From Ascidiella aspersa (taxonomy: Eukaryota), in NCBI GenBank assembly GCA_963924565.1, contig OZ004607.1:21762001-21826000 (forward strand): DNA of 64,000 nt, in the 5' to 3' direction. Each line of letters opens with the position of its first letter. The first letter of the stretch is position 1. Positions 1 to 13,549 of the stretch are shown here, piece by piece. The translations under genes were made by a program, and so were the position numbers. The notes below the pieces were generated by a model. That model saw only the letters and a list, made by a program, of their open reading frames with translations. It did no database searches and was not told where the DNA came from.

Positions 1-2052
1 AAGTCCGTCTCCTTGTATACCAAAGTTTCAAAGAACGCCACGAGGGACAGCAAAGTCACGACGAACCTGTGTTGCTATCGCTGTGGCAAGTCTGGACACT
101 TTGCTTCCACATGTCGTCACCGAAGTTCTATTTGCAAGTTTTGCAGGCGTATCGGTCATTTGGAAGTGGCTTGTCGAAAACTGGCGTCAACGAAGCCATT
201 AAGCGTGGTTCATACGGTAAAGCCTATTTCAAGCATTGGGAGGTCAACACCGAAACTGGACGTCAATATTTACGTTTTAAACAAGATTTGTTGCTTGGAA
301 TTTGATACTGCAACTACCGGAAACTTCCTTTCTGTTGATACATGGAAGCGAATTGGCAGTCCAACGCTGGAGACGCCTACTTATCGTTTTAATTCGGCGA
401 CAGAACATTCAGTGCAACTAATCGGTATTTTTCAAGCAGAAGCAGCATGTGACGAAACCAAGTGTACGCTAGAGTTCCACAAAGTTTGTGAGATGTAAGA
501 TGTAAGATGTTCGCACAGTCGGTGATGATTATAATATGAATTTCGTCAGTTATAAACGGATTGCCGGAAACTTTGCAGTCAATTTCCGGACCTGTTTAAA
601 GAAGAGTTAGGTTGTCTAAAGGGCTTTGAATTAGAGGTACAATTCAAATCCGCGACGAAGCCTGTGTTTTGTAAATCTCGCTCCGTTCCGTTTGCTTTTC
701 AGCAGGACGTGGGTCAAGCATATGATGTTGGCATCGCTAAAGGAATCCGGACTCCAGCGAAGTTCAACGACTGGGGTACGCCTGTAGTACCCATACGGAA
801 AACTCCGCTTCCAGGGAAATCCAAAGGTCGATTGCGCGTGTGTGGTGACTATTCGGTGACGGTAAACCCGCAACTGGCCACGCACCGCCACCCTTTGCCG
901 CTTCCAGAAGATTTGTTACGCAAGCTACAAGGTGGATATGGATTCACGAAAATCGACTTGGGTGATGCGTACAATCAGATGCGTCTCGGACCAGAAAGCC
1001 GAAAGAGGTTGGCTCTTAGCACACATCGTGGAGTCCTTCTGCAAATTCTTTTACCTTTTGGTATACACTTCGCTCCAGGGTATTTTCAGGAAATAATGGA
1101 TAACCTTACAAAAGACCTTTCAGGAGTTTCTGTCTACCTGGATGATCTTTTAGTCAGTGATTCGTGTGCAGAGGATCATCTTCAATATCTTCAAGTTTTC
1201 CAACGGTTGCATGACAAAGGACTTCGCTGCCGATTGTAGAAATGTGTGTTCGCGCAACCCAAAGTGGAATACTTGGGGCATACATTGTTTAAAAGTGGAA
1301 TTGTAAACGGTTCCAAACTTGATGCTCTATTGAATATGTTACCTCCGAAGGATGCAACAACTCTACGTTCATTCTTGGGGTCCGTTCAATTTTATGGAAA
1401 GTTTCTGCCGACCAACTTTGCCGATGTGGCAGAACCTTTATATCCCCTTACCCGGTCTAACATTTCTTGGAAATGGGGAGCGGTTCAACAAAAATCTTTC
1501 GATCAGTTAAAAGCATGGCTTTCGGAAGATAATATTTTTAACTCACTTCGATTCCTCGCTTCCGATCGGAATTGCATGTGATGCATCAAGTGTGGGAATT
1601 GGCGCTGTTTTATTTCACCGTTACCCTGACGGTACTAAAAGGCCAATTTCTAACGCTTCATTTCAATCAGTCAGCGCAACTACAGTCAAATACAAAAGGT
1701 AGCACTTTCTATTATTTTTGCACTAAAGAAGTTTTACCAGTACTTGTTCGGGAGGAAATTTATTCTTGTCACCGACCACAAACCGTTACTGACACTATTC
1801 GGGCCCAGCAAGCCTACTCCGGCACTTGCGGCATATCGACTCGCAAGATGGGCACTTTTTCTCAGTCAATTTGATTATGACATTGAGTATAGAAAGACGT
1901 CAGAACACGGCAATGCTTACGCCCTCCGTCGTTTACCTGGAGGTAAAGATGAGGAGTTCGACGGAGAGGAGTGTGTAGGTAACGTGGACAGTTTGCTCCA
2001 TCACTACATTAAGCTTACAAGTGAAGCCCGCCGATAGCGCCACCCTCCAGAA

Positions 2053-2425
2053 CAGACCTGGGCAACATACGGCCCGCGGGCCGGAGCAGTTTAATCAACA
2101 TACGGCCGGCGGCCCGCCAAGCAGTTTAATCCGGCCCGCGGCTTATTTTCCTTAAAATACATAGGCTAAGTCAAGACGGCACGGATCTTTTTTGTTTTTC
2201 TCGTTTGTTTCACACGATTTTTGACAATTTTACAGACAAATAGCGACCTTTGCACTGTGGCACTCTCTCCAACGAAAGTTTAATAAACTTAGCCTAATAT
2301 TTATATATTTTTTGCGCGTCAAAAGTGCGTATTGCATGTATTTTATATCATATTTTTGATCCGGCCCGCTACAGCATTTTAGGATTCTCATCCGGCCCGC
2401 GGCTAAAAATACTTGCCCACCCCTG
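2053..2425. mobile_element. hAT (Charlie-type) MITE inserted in Gypsy pol
   Basis: Ends CAGACCTGGGCAA...TTGCCCACCCCTG, internal GGCCCGC motifs, duplicated CCAGAA. Removing it restores ATLQKETQKD in pol. Confidence 0.85.
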
Positions 2426-2583
2426 CCAGAAGGAAACCCAAAAGGATTCTGTCTTATCGCGTGTTGTGCGATTCACAAGGGAAGGCTGGCCACCTAAATG
2501 CAATCGAAGTGCTGAAGATGAAGCAGAAAAGTTTCGGAAAATAACCGACTCGTTAAGTACTTGCCATGGATGTTTGCTCTATG

Positions 2584-5500
2584 CAGTGTTTTTTTAAGGT
2601 GTTTTGGGGGACCGAAACGGCCCCCCAAATTTCTCCAGCGGTTTCCCAAAATGTGGACTTGCAACTACAGTAGAAAAGTAATGCTTGTTTCTCGCTATGT
2701 CTGTCGATAATACGAATATAGCCTACGATCAATAGTTCACGTCCGGAAAAAAGAAGAATCAAAGAGTTATTCACAAAAGAAGTGCACCTTCGATACTCGT
2801 CAGCAATGTTTATTTCTGATTTATCGCGCATAATGATGAGTTTTTACGTGTGGAAACATAACATTTTATGTTGCGTTGATTGTATGTAGTTTAAATGCCT
2901 AGGTTTGTACCGCATCTTTAGAGATAACCTTTTGAATCAGAAATAACGTAATAATTGCTTTTCTTGCGAAACCTAGATTCGAGTTAATTCTATTCCTTCT
3001 GGACTCTTCTCTGACTTAAACTGAATATTATGAAGCTTATGATGTCATAAACGTATTTACTCAACCTGACGTTTAGTTTTAACATTTGTTTGTGACGTAA
3101 CACAACCGAAGCTTCTCGTAGGTGGGAGAATATTTTTGGCATTATATAAGGCGGCATATTTTGAGTGTAAAAGAGAGGAAAATTAAGAAATACGTTGAAG
3201 TGCTGACAGTTGCTATCAAGTTTTAATGCGTTATTTGCAAGTGCTATTGTTGATTACATCGCCCATTTTGCCAGTTCTCTGAAGATTTTGGTCAGCGATC
3301 TCAGAAGTAGAACTATTCAGTCGTTAATTGATCAGCGATCTCTTTCCTGGTAAAATAAAAGGAAGACGTGACAGTCGCTATCTTGAGCATTTTTGAGATA
3401 GAAAGATTGTTTTTGCGATGATAAACTTTAGAATAGGCTGTTACCTAAATACTCTTTCTATTTTTTAACTTAAAAATTTTAAGTTTTTGTGAGTTATTTC
3501 AGGTGAAAATGGCAGCGTAAACGCTTATCCTCTGATAAACCACTCGAAGTATAAAGCAGTTCTTTTCTGGTAAACCGAAAACACGTACTGCTGCTCTAAC
3601 CCCCGAAACCGCATCTGCCAACAGCACCACAAGTTCTGATTGTGTCTTACTAAATGACCGCAATTCTGCTGAAAATGTTCAAGAGCAGTCGACTCTTCCT
3701 CTTGCATCGTCGACGACTGTTCCAGCTGCACCATCCGACAAGATATTTCAATCGTGGATTAAACTGAAAGGTTTTGATGATGCTCTACGAATGAACGTGT
3801 TCACCCTCCATGCTGACGGAGGCATAATATGTTTGCTTTGCTCTAAGGATCCAATAACTATCATTGGCCGAGGCAAGTTTGCTGATGTTTACACGGTTTA
3901 CACCAGCGTACCCGCCAGACCTCAGCGCCCCTCTCGTCGAGCTCGGAGCAAGACCAGCAAGCAGTTAAACTGGAACAGAACCAACGTGTCTCGCTATTTC
4001 ACACAAAGTATCAAGATCGTGTATTAAATAAAACCAAAACAGCGGCTGAGAGAGTACACCTAACTTACTGGTTACTGAAAGAGGAAGTAGCGAATCGAAA
4101 AGTTCTTCCTTGCAAACACTGGTTGACCGCATTGGTCACAATGACCGGATTCGTGACCTGCGACATACCAGTTCAACAGCAGTGACGGAGTTTATTTTGC
4201 TCATCTCCGACCATCTGACTGATCGCATCGTTGCTGATGTCAAGCAAAGCTTCTGCTGGGCTACCATGGTCGACGAGACAACCGATATTGCTACCTTGCA
4301 GCAATATATTACATTTGTTCAGTACGTCAATAAAAAGGGACACCAGGCAACTTGCATTTTTGGATATCCGTTGGATAGACGCTCGCGGGGCATCTGCTGC
4401 CAACCTGGGTAAACATGTCGCTATTGCATGCGATGGAGCTGCTGCAATGATAGGCCGCCGAAATTCCCTCTCACAGAAATTGACTGCACAAAATCCGATT
4501 ACCCACACAGTGCACTGCCATGCGCATCGCTTAGCCTTGGCATGTACGGACACGGTAAAGGAGCTACAACACATCCATGATTGCGAACGTGGCTTAGTCC
4601 AGACGTACTTTGCGCGAAACTTAGTTAAAGCCTGCCGTACTCGCTGGCTATCTCATGGTCAGGCTGTAATCGCAACGAAAGCAGAACTACTGTACACGCT
4701 ACGCTCCAATATTTTGCTACCGAGAAGAAAGAGTGCACAGCAGTTGGCATTTAATTTGCTCCAAACGCTTTCTTTTCTCCCTTTACTTGCTGAATGCTGC
4801 TTTGGTCCATCTCAACAAGTTATCATTGTTGTTTCAAAAAGGTAGTTTTCACTTTTCTCACATGCAATCGGCACTTTCAATAGGCAAAACAGAGATTAGG
4901 AGCATTGCCAATTTAGATCAGGTTATAAACAGCCTAAAACTTGACTGGGAGAAGATTTCAAAAATTTTACCAAGATCTCAAAATACACTTCTTAAAGATG
5001 ATTTTAAACTGCTGCGATTCACCACAGAAACATACTGTGAGGCACTGCTCTGCAATCTCGAAGAACGTTTCCCTGAGCCTGAGGTACTCTCTGCTTTTCG
5101 AATCTTTGATGCTAATGAGATTCCTCTTGATACCCCTCAGCGCCAGCTTTATGGGAATGATGATCTCTCGCTGCTTATCAGAAGATTTGACATTGTTCCT
5201 GTTGAACAAACCTTGAAAGTACTAAATGACTATCAAACGTTGAAAGATAGAATGACAGTGTCAGAATTTGAGTTCTGCCAAGATCCTGGTGATGTCTGCA
5301 GCAAAATTGCTCGAGACAACGTATTCCAGCAAATGTTTCCAGAGCTGCATCGACTTTGCTGCACTGCATTGTCAATTCCTCTAGCAACCGCCTGGCCAGA
5401 GCGAGAATTTTCGACTCTAATCAACATTTCGGTGAACGGTCCGGAGCAGCTCACTGGACCGACGAACAGTGACAGTGCGAGCATTGAAGGCGTTGGAATG

Positions 5501-5723
5501 TGCAAACAACGAAGAAATGGAAGCTGGCGGATGGGAACGGGATTGCGAATCTGTTTTGTTGCATGAGATAGAACCTGGAAAATTTGTTCTGTGATTGTGC
5601 ACTGCCAGTAGCCATTAAATAATTCGTTTAAGCAAATATGGCTATTTTTGGTATTTAAATGAAACACTTGCGGTCTCTTAAAACTACTAGCGGTCACCCA
5701 AACCAAATCTTAGAAAAAACCTG
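2584..5723 (+). mobile_element. hAT DNA transposon with a decayed ZNF862/DUF4371-like transposase
   Basis: TIR-like ends CAGTGTTTTTTTAAG / CTTAGAAAAAACCTG and a perfect 8-bp TSD GCTCTATG. Motifs DETTD, DGAAAM, HCHAHRLAL, TRWLS and PLATAWPEREFS occur across frameshifted ORFs at 4110-5566. Gypsy CLLYG|SRIIIP is rejoined on excision. Confidence 0.93.
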
Positions 5724-6771
5724 GCTCTATGGATCGCGAATAATAATTCCGCTCAGCCTTCGACCCCAAGTCTTGCAGCAATTGCACCAGGGACACTTCG
5801 GTGTTCAGCGCATGAAACAATTGGCACGAACTGCCGTATACTGGCTAAATATTGATGCAGACATATTATCATAGTGCCAGCGGTGTACTACTTGTGCACA
5901 GCACCAGAACGCACCAACCAAAGCAGTCATTCATCCGTGGATGATACCAGAGAAGCCGTGGAGCAGAATTCACATTGATCATGCAGTGAATTTTATGGGC
6001 TACAATTGGCTGGTGGTAATCGACGCATACTCTAAGTATCCGTGCATTCACCGAACGTAATCCATGTCATCCAAAACTACTATGGAATTTCTAGAACAGG
6101 ATTTTGCGCATTTCCGGTACCCGCACACTATTGTCTCGGATAATGCTCTAGCATTTCTTTCGGCAGAATTTCAAGATTTCTGCAAACAAATGGGAATTAT
6201 ACATTTAACAGGTGCTCCTTATCACCCTGCTACAAACGGTGCTGCCGAGAGGCTTGTGCAGACTTTCAAGAAAGCTCTCCGTAAGTCATCGAAGTCTCCA
6301 AACGAAGCGCTATTAGAGTTCTTAATCCAGTACCGACGTATACCTGACAGCAACGGTTTCTCTCTGAGTGAGTTGTTAAACGGACGTCAAATTCGTGCTC
6401 GGAAACACGCGAGTAAAACAACGCGAGCATATGAAATGTGCATCAAAAGACTTTCCTCGAAGGGAAATCATTCACAAACTTCGTAAATCGTTTAAAGTTG
6501 GCGATATCTGTTATGCGTTGTACTTTGGTCCAAAGCGCGACAAAGATGAACGTTGGGTCCCAGCTATTATAACAAAACGACATGGCAGTCGAAGTGTAAA
6601 TGTCAAGGTGATTTCCCGTGGTCCGATATGGAGGCACCATATCGACCAACTTCAGTTTCGCTACACCAGCGGCGAGGACGCTGATCCAGGAGAAAACGAA
6701 CTCCCGGCTCCTCAATCGTAAGCCTCGACAGCTATATTGCTGTTAACGAGGCGTTTCTTTCAAAGGGGAGG

Positions 6772-8399
6772 TGTCATGGAGTGTTCATGCGGTTCTACAG
6801 CGAGAGGTTGAAGTCACAAGACTTGTTATAAGACGTAATGGAACACTAATGCATATTCTTAGTGCCAAAAATGCCTCTATCAAGACCTTGCCTTCAATAG
6901 ATGTTGGAGTATGACTTGATTTCCACACGAATACGTCTCCAGGTTTATTGTTGGCTTGCAGAGAATGCACAGCCGTAATTCCAAGATTGTCCATTTCGTT
7001 GATATGCCGAAATTCACTGATGGCAGGAGTAGCAAAATGGTCGAATGCCGTCCTCTTTACAATGGCCTCAAACGAGCCGTTCCGTAGTCTAATCTGTTGA
7101 GTAGTTATGGCACGAACCTTGATGTAGGAATCGATAAAAGGGCACAATTCCCTGTTTTCAATTAGACGATCGTAAGCAACTTGCTCTCTTGATGTCCCTG
7201 CACTGAACGGAACATGAATGCGCCAGGAAGGCCTTGTAGCTGGCGGACAATGCAGTTCGTAAGAATCTTCGGACTCCGGAGAACGTTCGTGGTTATTTCT
7301 TCCGTAAGTGCTTCTTCTTTCTGATGAATATCTTCTTCTTGGTGGTGATCTTCTTCTTTGGGGTGATCTGGATCCTGAAATTCGTCTGATTAAGGTGGCG
7401 TTCTAGGGCCTCGAGATGGCTTCCTCAATTGTCTTTTCACTGTATATTTAGGAGCTGCTGAAGTAGATGGTTGATGACTATCAAGATCTACGAAAGGTTT
7501 ACGTATCTTCTTGACTGTAGAATTTCTGCTTGAGTCTGAGCTTGTAGAACTGATCGGCGAGAACTCTGATACTCGGCGTACAAAGCCTGTTGTGTCCGCT
7601 TGCTGCAGCTGAGGCGAATATAACCTCGAATATGAAAATATAAAAGCGAATATAAATCTGCTTCAGTCACAAAAGCACTCGAGTTTTTTTGTCTGAGTAA
7701 AAGCCATTCTGTATTGATTGAGCACGCTATTTATAGACGAGAATCAGTTAGCGAAATTTCTGTAAACAAAAGAAGGATTTACGTCATTAATTCTTACAAT
7801 ACTTTGTTAACTCAACCTTCTTCACACTTATTTCTGACGCTAAACATACAATTTTTACGTCAAAACGCGATTGCGAAACAGCCTCTGACTTCAGTCAAAT
7901 GACAACAAATGAATATCACGCGACCGGGAAAAACTAATCTATGTTTACACCGCGGCGCGGACCGGCGTTTTGAAAACATATGCTAAAACGGATATACGTT
8001 ATTTTAGAAAATGTTCTGACGGATAAAATTGTTGTCAAAATGTACAGTTTGCACATTTGCTGCAAAGATAACGCAAACATTGAAAGGCGATTGCAAGGAA
8101 TTTAGGCTATGGTGATACAGCGATAAACAAAATTTCTCTGTGGCAAAAACAACAATGTGACGAGGTGTTCCTACAAGGTTGCTACAAGGTTGCCCGCGGC
8201 CCATGAGCCGCGTGCTCTAGTCACGTGTTTTGCAATCATTGATTGTGTTGTACGTTAATTGTATCGCAATGTAAATTACGCGACTACTCGCCTATAAATG
8301 CTCGTGCCCTTTTTGTATTAGCCCGTTCGAATTAAACCAGTCACTTACTTGGACTCTGTTAATATTCTTGCAAGGCAAACAAAGGTTATAAACACAACA
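6772..8399 (+). repeat. Putative 3' LTR of the Mag-like Gypsy (about 1.6 kb, possibly enlarged by an insert)
   Basis: Starts TGT right after the PPT. TATAAAT near 8293 and ATTAAA near 8331. Ends CAACA at 8399 where BEL coding sequence abruptly resumes. The partner LTR is not in the window. Confidence 0.55.
6785..7402 (-). pseudogene. Orphan reading frame with an RS-rich N-terminal part (SRSPQRRRSPPRRRYSSERRS) and a roughly 140-aa non-repetitive C-terminal part
   Basis: The frame is open for about 205 codons (extends listed ORF 6785..7147). TATAAATA at 7728-7735 and ATG at 7707 lie upstream but connect only through frameshifts. No family recognised. Confidence 0.45.
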
Positions 8400-9272
8400 A
8401 TTTTAGTCAGAAGGCGTTCGAGGCAGACAAGTTGTTTCGTCGCCATTTTCAGATTGTTGGGTATATATGGGTGATCATATCGCCAGTGTAGTGGCATAGT
8501 GCCCATCGACAAATTCCACAGAATCTTTCATTAAACGATGCGTTCTTCTGTCTTCAGTAGAGAGTGCATTTCTAAGATTCTTAACCTCCTCATCAGTAGG
8601 TAGCAGATCACTCTCGTTACTTAGAAACATAGCGTTCGCGGCTTCAACAGCAGAAACAAAGTTCGTAAAGGCATGATAATCTGTGGACTCAAAGTTGCTA
8701 CCGAGTATCGACCAGCGAGCGGGTCTTTACGGCATCCGAACTGGATCAGTTTCCGGGACGAATGGACTTTACTCTGCCAGCTACTGGAACATTAGATCCT
8801 ATTAGAAAGGTGTCGATTCCTCCGGGAATGCTGGATAATCGTAACGTCGTAGTGAACGATGTGCCTTAACGTCTGCGAAGTAGGAACCGTGTTCGGCTTC
8901 ACCGGGATCTTCTCAACAACGACGCCCCATTGAGGTTTATTGGTTCTCCGACCTTCAGCGGTTCCACCTAAACAGAAATAGCAATAGTGTCCAACCGACG
9001 TGGCGTCGTCAGGGTATTCAACAAGATCCGTTTGAGCTTGCCGGATGCATCAAGCTTGTCCACAAGATTACGTTCAAGAAACGTAGTCGTGGATCCTTGG
9101 TCCAAAAACGCGTATCTATTGATTGCTGTGTCCCCATATCGCACAACAACAGGAACGACATTCAGAACATTAGAAGAGTTTACGTTAGCGCTATATTACT
9201 ATATTTCGGCACACGCATTTCTCTCAACAGAATTAGTAGTAATTCATGGACGGTAGTTCGGGTTGTGTAAAT

Positions 9273-11219
9273 CAATGCTTAGCATCGATCTCCAGATTTC
9301 ATTCACCCTTGTCTAATGATCTGATAAAACTATCTCGTCTATATATAACAGCAGGGCTACCATATTTTCAGCACCCAAAAAGAGGACATTTTTTGCCGGA
9401 AAGTGAAACGAAAGTAGAACTGTTACTTTTGAGTTTAATGATGTTTTATGCTGATTTTCGGGATGTTTGGTTGTTTTGGGATTCTCGGGTTAATTTTCGA
9501 TAGGAAATTTAGTGTTACTGGCCGACTCGATCGCAAATATTAATCTATTTGTAGTGAATTTTGCTGTTGGTGGCCACGAAGAGAGTTTTAAGTGACGAAT
9601 TAAAATCATACGTTTTAAAGTGAATGATCACACATCTTTGCTTTATTAAAGGGCCTTTTTACATGTGAGGTTTGGTTCCAATTTTTCTGGCGCAATGTTT
9701 GCAATAACAATCAAAAACAGGAGTCGGACAATTATTTTTAACCGCTGGCCGCTGAGAAACTTAAAATGTTGTGTTGGGCAAAAATAAGGATCTCAAATAT
9801 CAAAAAAATAGGATCTCGGTCAAAAATAGGATCTCAAATACACGTAATATGACGTCATACTCTGACGCTATGAAACAAATAAGCTAACGAACAATGAGCA
9901 ATTTAAGTCAAAATTAAAGAAATAAAAAAGTAGGACTATATTGGTTTTAAAATGTAAAGGTTAATTTTGAGTTAGAGGGAGGCATGACACATTTGATACA
10001 GATAGAAAATATACATTGCTTAATATACATTGGCGTTTATCAAGTTGTGGGGCGCGTTGACCCAAAATTTAATATTAAAAAATGGTTTGTTTTTTTGGAT
10101 TTTAAGGCTTTAAGTTACCGATGTGTTACTTGCGGTACAACGGCCATATTGCAAAGACGATATAAATCGGAAGAAACACAAAACATGGCATGAACTAAAT
10201 TAGGTCGAAAAAATGTGAATCGGTATAATGTTTCACAGTTTCGAAAACGGTCGGTATTTCGTTCATACTTTAAAGACATAATACTTTCGACAGAACCGTA
10301 AATAATATATAAATATTAGACTAAGTTTGTTCAACTTTCATTGGATATAGTGCCACAGTGCATTCGACGCTATTTGTCTGTAAAGATGCCGAAAAATCGC
10401 GTAGAACAAACGAGAAAGACTGAAGAGATTCGCGCAAATCGCGAAAATAGTTTCCGTTTTAGCATTTAAAACAGGCTTAAATAGAGGTTGGTGGGTCATG
10501 ACTGGATTTGTTCCTGGAAAAAGTATTTACAACCAAAAAATGTATAAATTCACCCTTGTTTTCGCTTAGCTTATGTATTTTTAGGAAAACAAGCCACTGG
10601 CCGGATAAAATTGCTTGGCGGGCCGTATGTTGCCTTGGCGGGCCGTAAGAAGGTAGGGCTGGTAGGGCAATTTGTTGGAAAACCTTTTCTAAATCAGCAA
10701 TTCAGCATGTTTCATGGCTACAGTAATTTTATGGAAATGAATACAACGTCTCGCCTAAAAGTATTTTTAAAAGTATAAGCAACTAACTCGAAATGCGAAA
10801 AAAGAGGACATTTGGTCACTTTGAGCGTCCTCGGAGGACCATTCACTTTTCTTGAGAAAAGAGGACAAATCCTACCAAAAGAGGACATATAGTAGGCCTA
10901 TAGAACAGCACAAAATGATTTAGGTTGTTTCGATTTTTGTTAAGATCAACTCACCTCAAGCTAAGTTTTACCATTTAAAATCTACAATTTTTTTAGTTCA
11001 GAAATATAAAGCTACAAAAGCACAAAGCACAGTCACCAAATTGTTGTACTTAAACACTCAGTGCAAACCAACTTCACTATTACAATAAGCAAAAAAACAC
11101 CAGTTCAATAGTAGATCTACTGCAGAGCTATCATACATTTCTGACGGTTCACCCCTATTCACCCCTGCAAAATTTTTGTTCGCCCTGGGGTGAACCATTC
11201 ACCAGTTTAAGAAACACCG
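9273..11219. mobile_element. hAT-type MITE (same family as 33484-33883, opposite orientation) inserted in BEL gag
   Basis: TSD GTGTAAAT / GTGTAAAA. Its sequence matches the reverse complement of 33484-33883. Excision restores HYSVLHNPNY. Confidence 0.85.
9352..10900. mobile_element. Non-autonomous hAT (Blackjack-like) element nested in the MITE above
   Basis: Ends CAGGGCTACCATAT / ATATAGTAGGCCTA, subterminal AAAAGAGGACA repeats, TSD TATAACAG / TAGAACAG. Confidence 0.78.
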
Positions 11220-13549
11220 GTGTAAAACAGAGTAATGAAGTGTTGCTGAGCAGTTTCTTTCGCTACAGCTGCCTTTCTCTTTGCACTTATTAGCCACGTG
11301 ACCACCCTTGAGACACCTGAAACACAAGCCCATGTTTCTCACAAGACCACGACGCTCTACGTAGGTCATTTTTTTTAAGTCAAAGGAATCAAAGGTCATA
11401 AGTACCCGAACATAATACGCAGCTAGCGGAAATAGAATCAGAAATTACCGTGTTGTGAGTCGTCACCTTGACTCGGCGATTAGTAGGCTTGCTATCTTCT
11501 CTGGATGGAATACTAGGCGCCTTTCTAAAAAATTGCGTTCTACTTTCTTGCCTAACAAATTCAGCTAAGGCCGCAAAGTTTGCTCTTTTTCCTGTATTAT
11601 TTTCTTTGTCGGTTGACCTGATGATCCATTTCTTGCGGAGGGACACAGAAAGCATTCTTGCCACGGTTAGCATTACATCCATTGAGTCCACGCAAGATGC
11701 ATACTTTATATCGTGCAAAGAGGTGTTGTCCAAGAGAACCGATAGTTTTATCAAACCATCATGATCCTATGCCTTATCGATGGAGTGTCATATAGTTGTT
11801 CGAAACGCTGTGCTATTACATGTGGTTGGCCATAAGTTCATACAAAGTTGCCATGCGACGACCAGTAGTTCATCGGATCACCATCTAAAGCCCTGTGTTC
11901 TAAGGGTTGTATGTTAACATGGTTTTAAATTAGTGCATGACTACAAATATTTACTACAATTTTTATTTACATTTCGTTGTTTTTGTAAAGCCAAGTTGAC
12001 CACTGATAAATCTGTTATGGCTCATCTTGTGACCCGCAGATCAGTGGTATGCTAACGCTGTTCAAGGCCACATTTACTTACCTTAGTGAAATAACACTAA
12101 ATCACATACCTCTGAGAAACCAACCCCATAGAAATATTAAGCTAAACATTAATATAACAGGCCTACTGTAAAATAAAATATAACTACAAATGGTTAGGTA
12201 TTTTAAAGCACGTGTATTAGTCCTATTTTACTGAAACGACGGGTGCAATATTCCACTTCCGAATTATTTATATTGTTTCAGGGTAAACGCAATACAGCTT
12301 AGTGAAGCCGTAGCTTAAAATAAATAAACCCTCATTCTGTGCGGTGTTGTTAAATGATCTAAGTTTTTGTTAGGCGAAGTGTGTTTGGTAATGCGAGTTC
12401 GAGATGATGTGGCAGAACCACGGTCTGCTTTGTAACAGTTGGCGACGTTATTGATAGAAAGGCAACTGTATACGTATCGCAATTGTCGTATACGCATCGC
12501 TTGTCTCGATCAGTTTTAGTATTTAACAACTTTTCCTCATTTGCCTTGAAGTTCATCAATAATTTTTATACACTGAACGTCGAGGTTGATCCATCAGACC
12601 TTAACATACGTAACCGTAACGTGACGGTTTCCACGAGATATCAGGGGCGGCATTATGAACACACCTCGCTAAGCTAAGGGAGCTCGCTAACGACGCACGA
12701 GCTCGTTAGGTGGACGAACCCACTTCTCGTTAGCCAAATCTCGCCAAACTCCTCGCTAACTAGCGAGCGGCTCAGACCACTCGGTAACGATTTTTTGTGT
12801 TCTGAAAACCCAACTTAATGTAAATCAAATTTATTATCAATAAACGTTTATAATAATACCGACACCTAATGAATGTCATAAGAAAGATTCATAATTAATT
12901 TGTAAATTTCCCACCGAAATAGCATAAAATGTGGATTTAGGCGACCTCCTACCTAGCCCACACACCATGGACAGCGAGTTATGGGTGCTTACGGTGCCAA
13001 GAGCATTCCTAGCGAAATCTTGGGGTGATCAGACCGCCCTAAAACAATGATAAATCGTTATGCGAATTCCTTTATTTTTCTGTTAATGCTTACGACTTGA
13101 GGTACTATTTTACACTTATTCCGGCAGTTAGTCAATTTTATTTACCTTAAAATACATTTTAACTCATTTCACCACTTTTTTTTCATAAATTTATATTTTT
13201 AGTGGACATTTTGAGACGTTATATATAGCACAAAATCTTAGCACTCCTGTGAAAAACAAAAGTCGGCGTCTACGCTACACACAGTACACACTGATTTAAA
13301 GGAACATTAAACGTTTTATTTTTTTCAACCAACTAAATGAAATTTATGCCATGACTCATTTTATTGGTGCTTTTGAGTCAGTTTATCAAACACATACATT
13401 CAGTACTGATCAACTAATGCAAAAATATGAACATTTTTATAACAGAGAGTTAATTTTTATTAATTGATATTCGTGCATGTATATTTTGCATTAAAAATGT
13501 AATTTTATATGAATAACTGTTATACTTGAGATATTATAATACCATGGTG

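Larger units (their letters stand above)
1..8399 (+). mobile_element. Degenerate Ty3/Gypsy LTR retrotransposon (Mag/K02A2.6-like); 5' part outside the window
   Basis: Two CCHC knuckles (CYRCGKSGHFASTC, CKFCRRIGHLEVAC), RT (YLDDLL), RNase H (CDAS, TDHKPL) and integrase (HQGH..C..C, VSDN, YHPATNGAAER), with stops and frameshifts. PPT AAAGGGGAGG at 6762-6771 is followed by TGT. Confidence 0.9.
8400..11900 (-). mobile_element. Degenerate BEL/Pao LTR retrotransposon fragment (gag, protease, start of RT region)
   Basis: Gag knuckles CFRCLKGGHVANKC...HYSVLH, protease VPVVV...YAFLDQGSTTTF and MATKQLVCLERLL at the 8400 junction. The 5' boundary is approximate. Confidence 0.85.
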
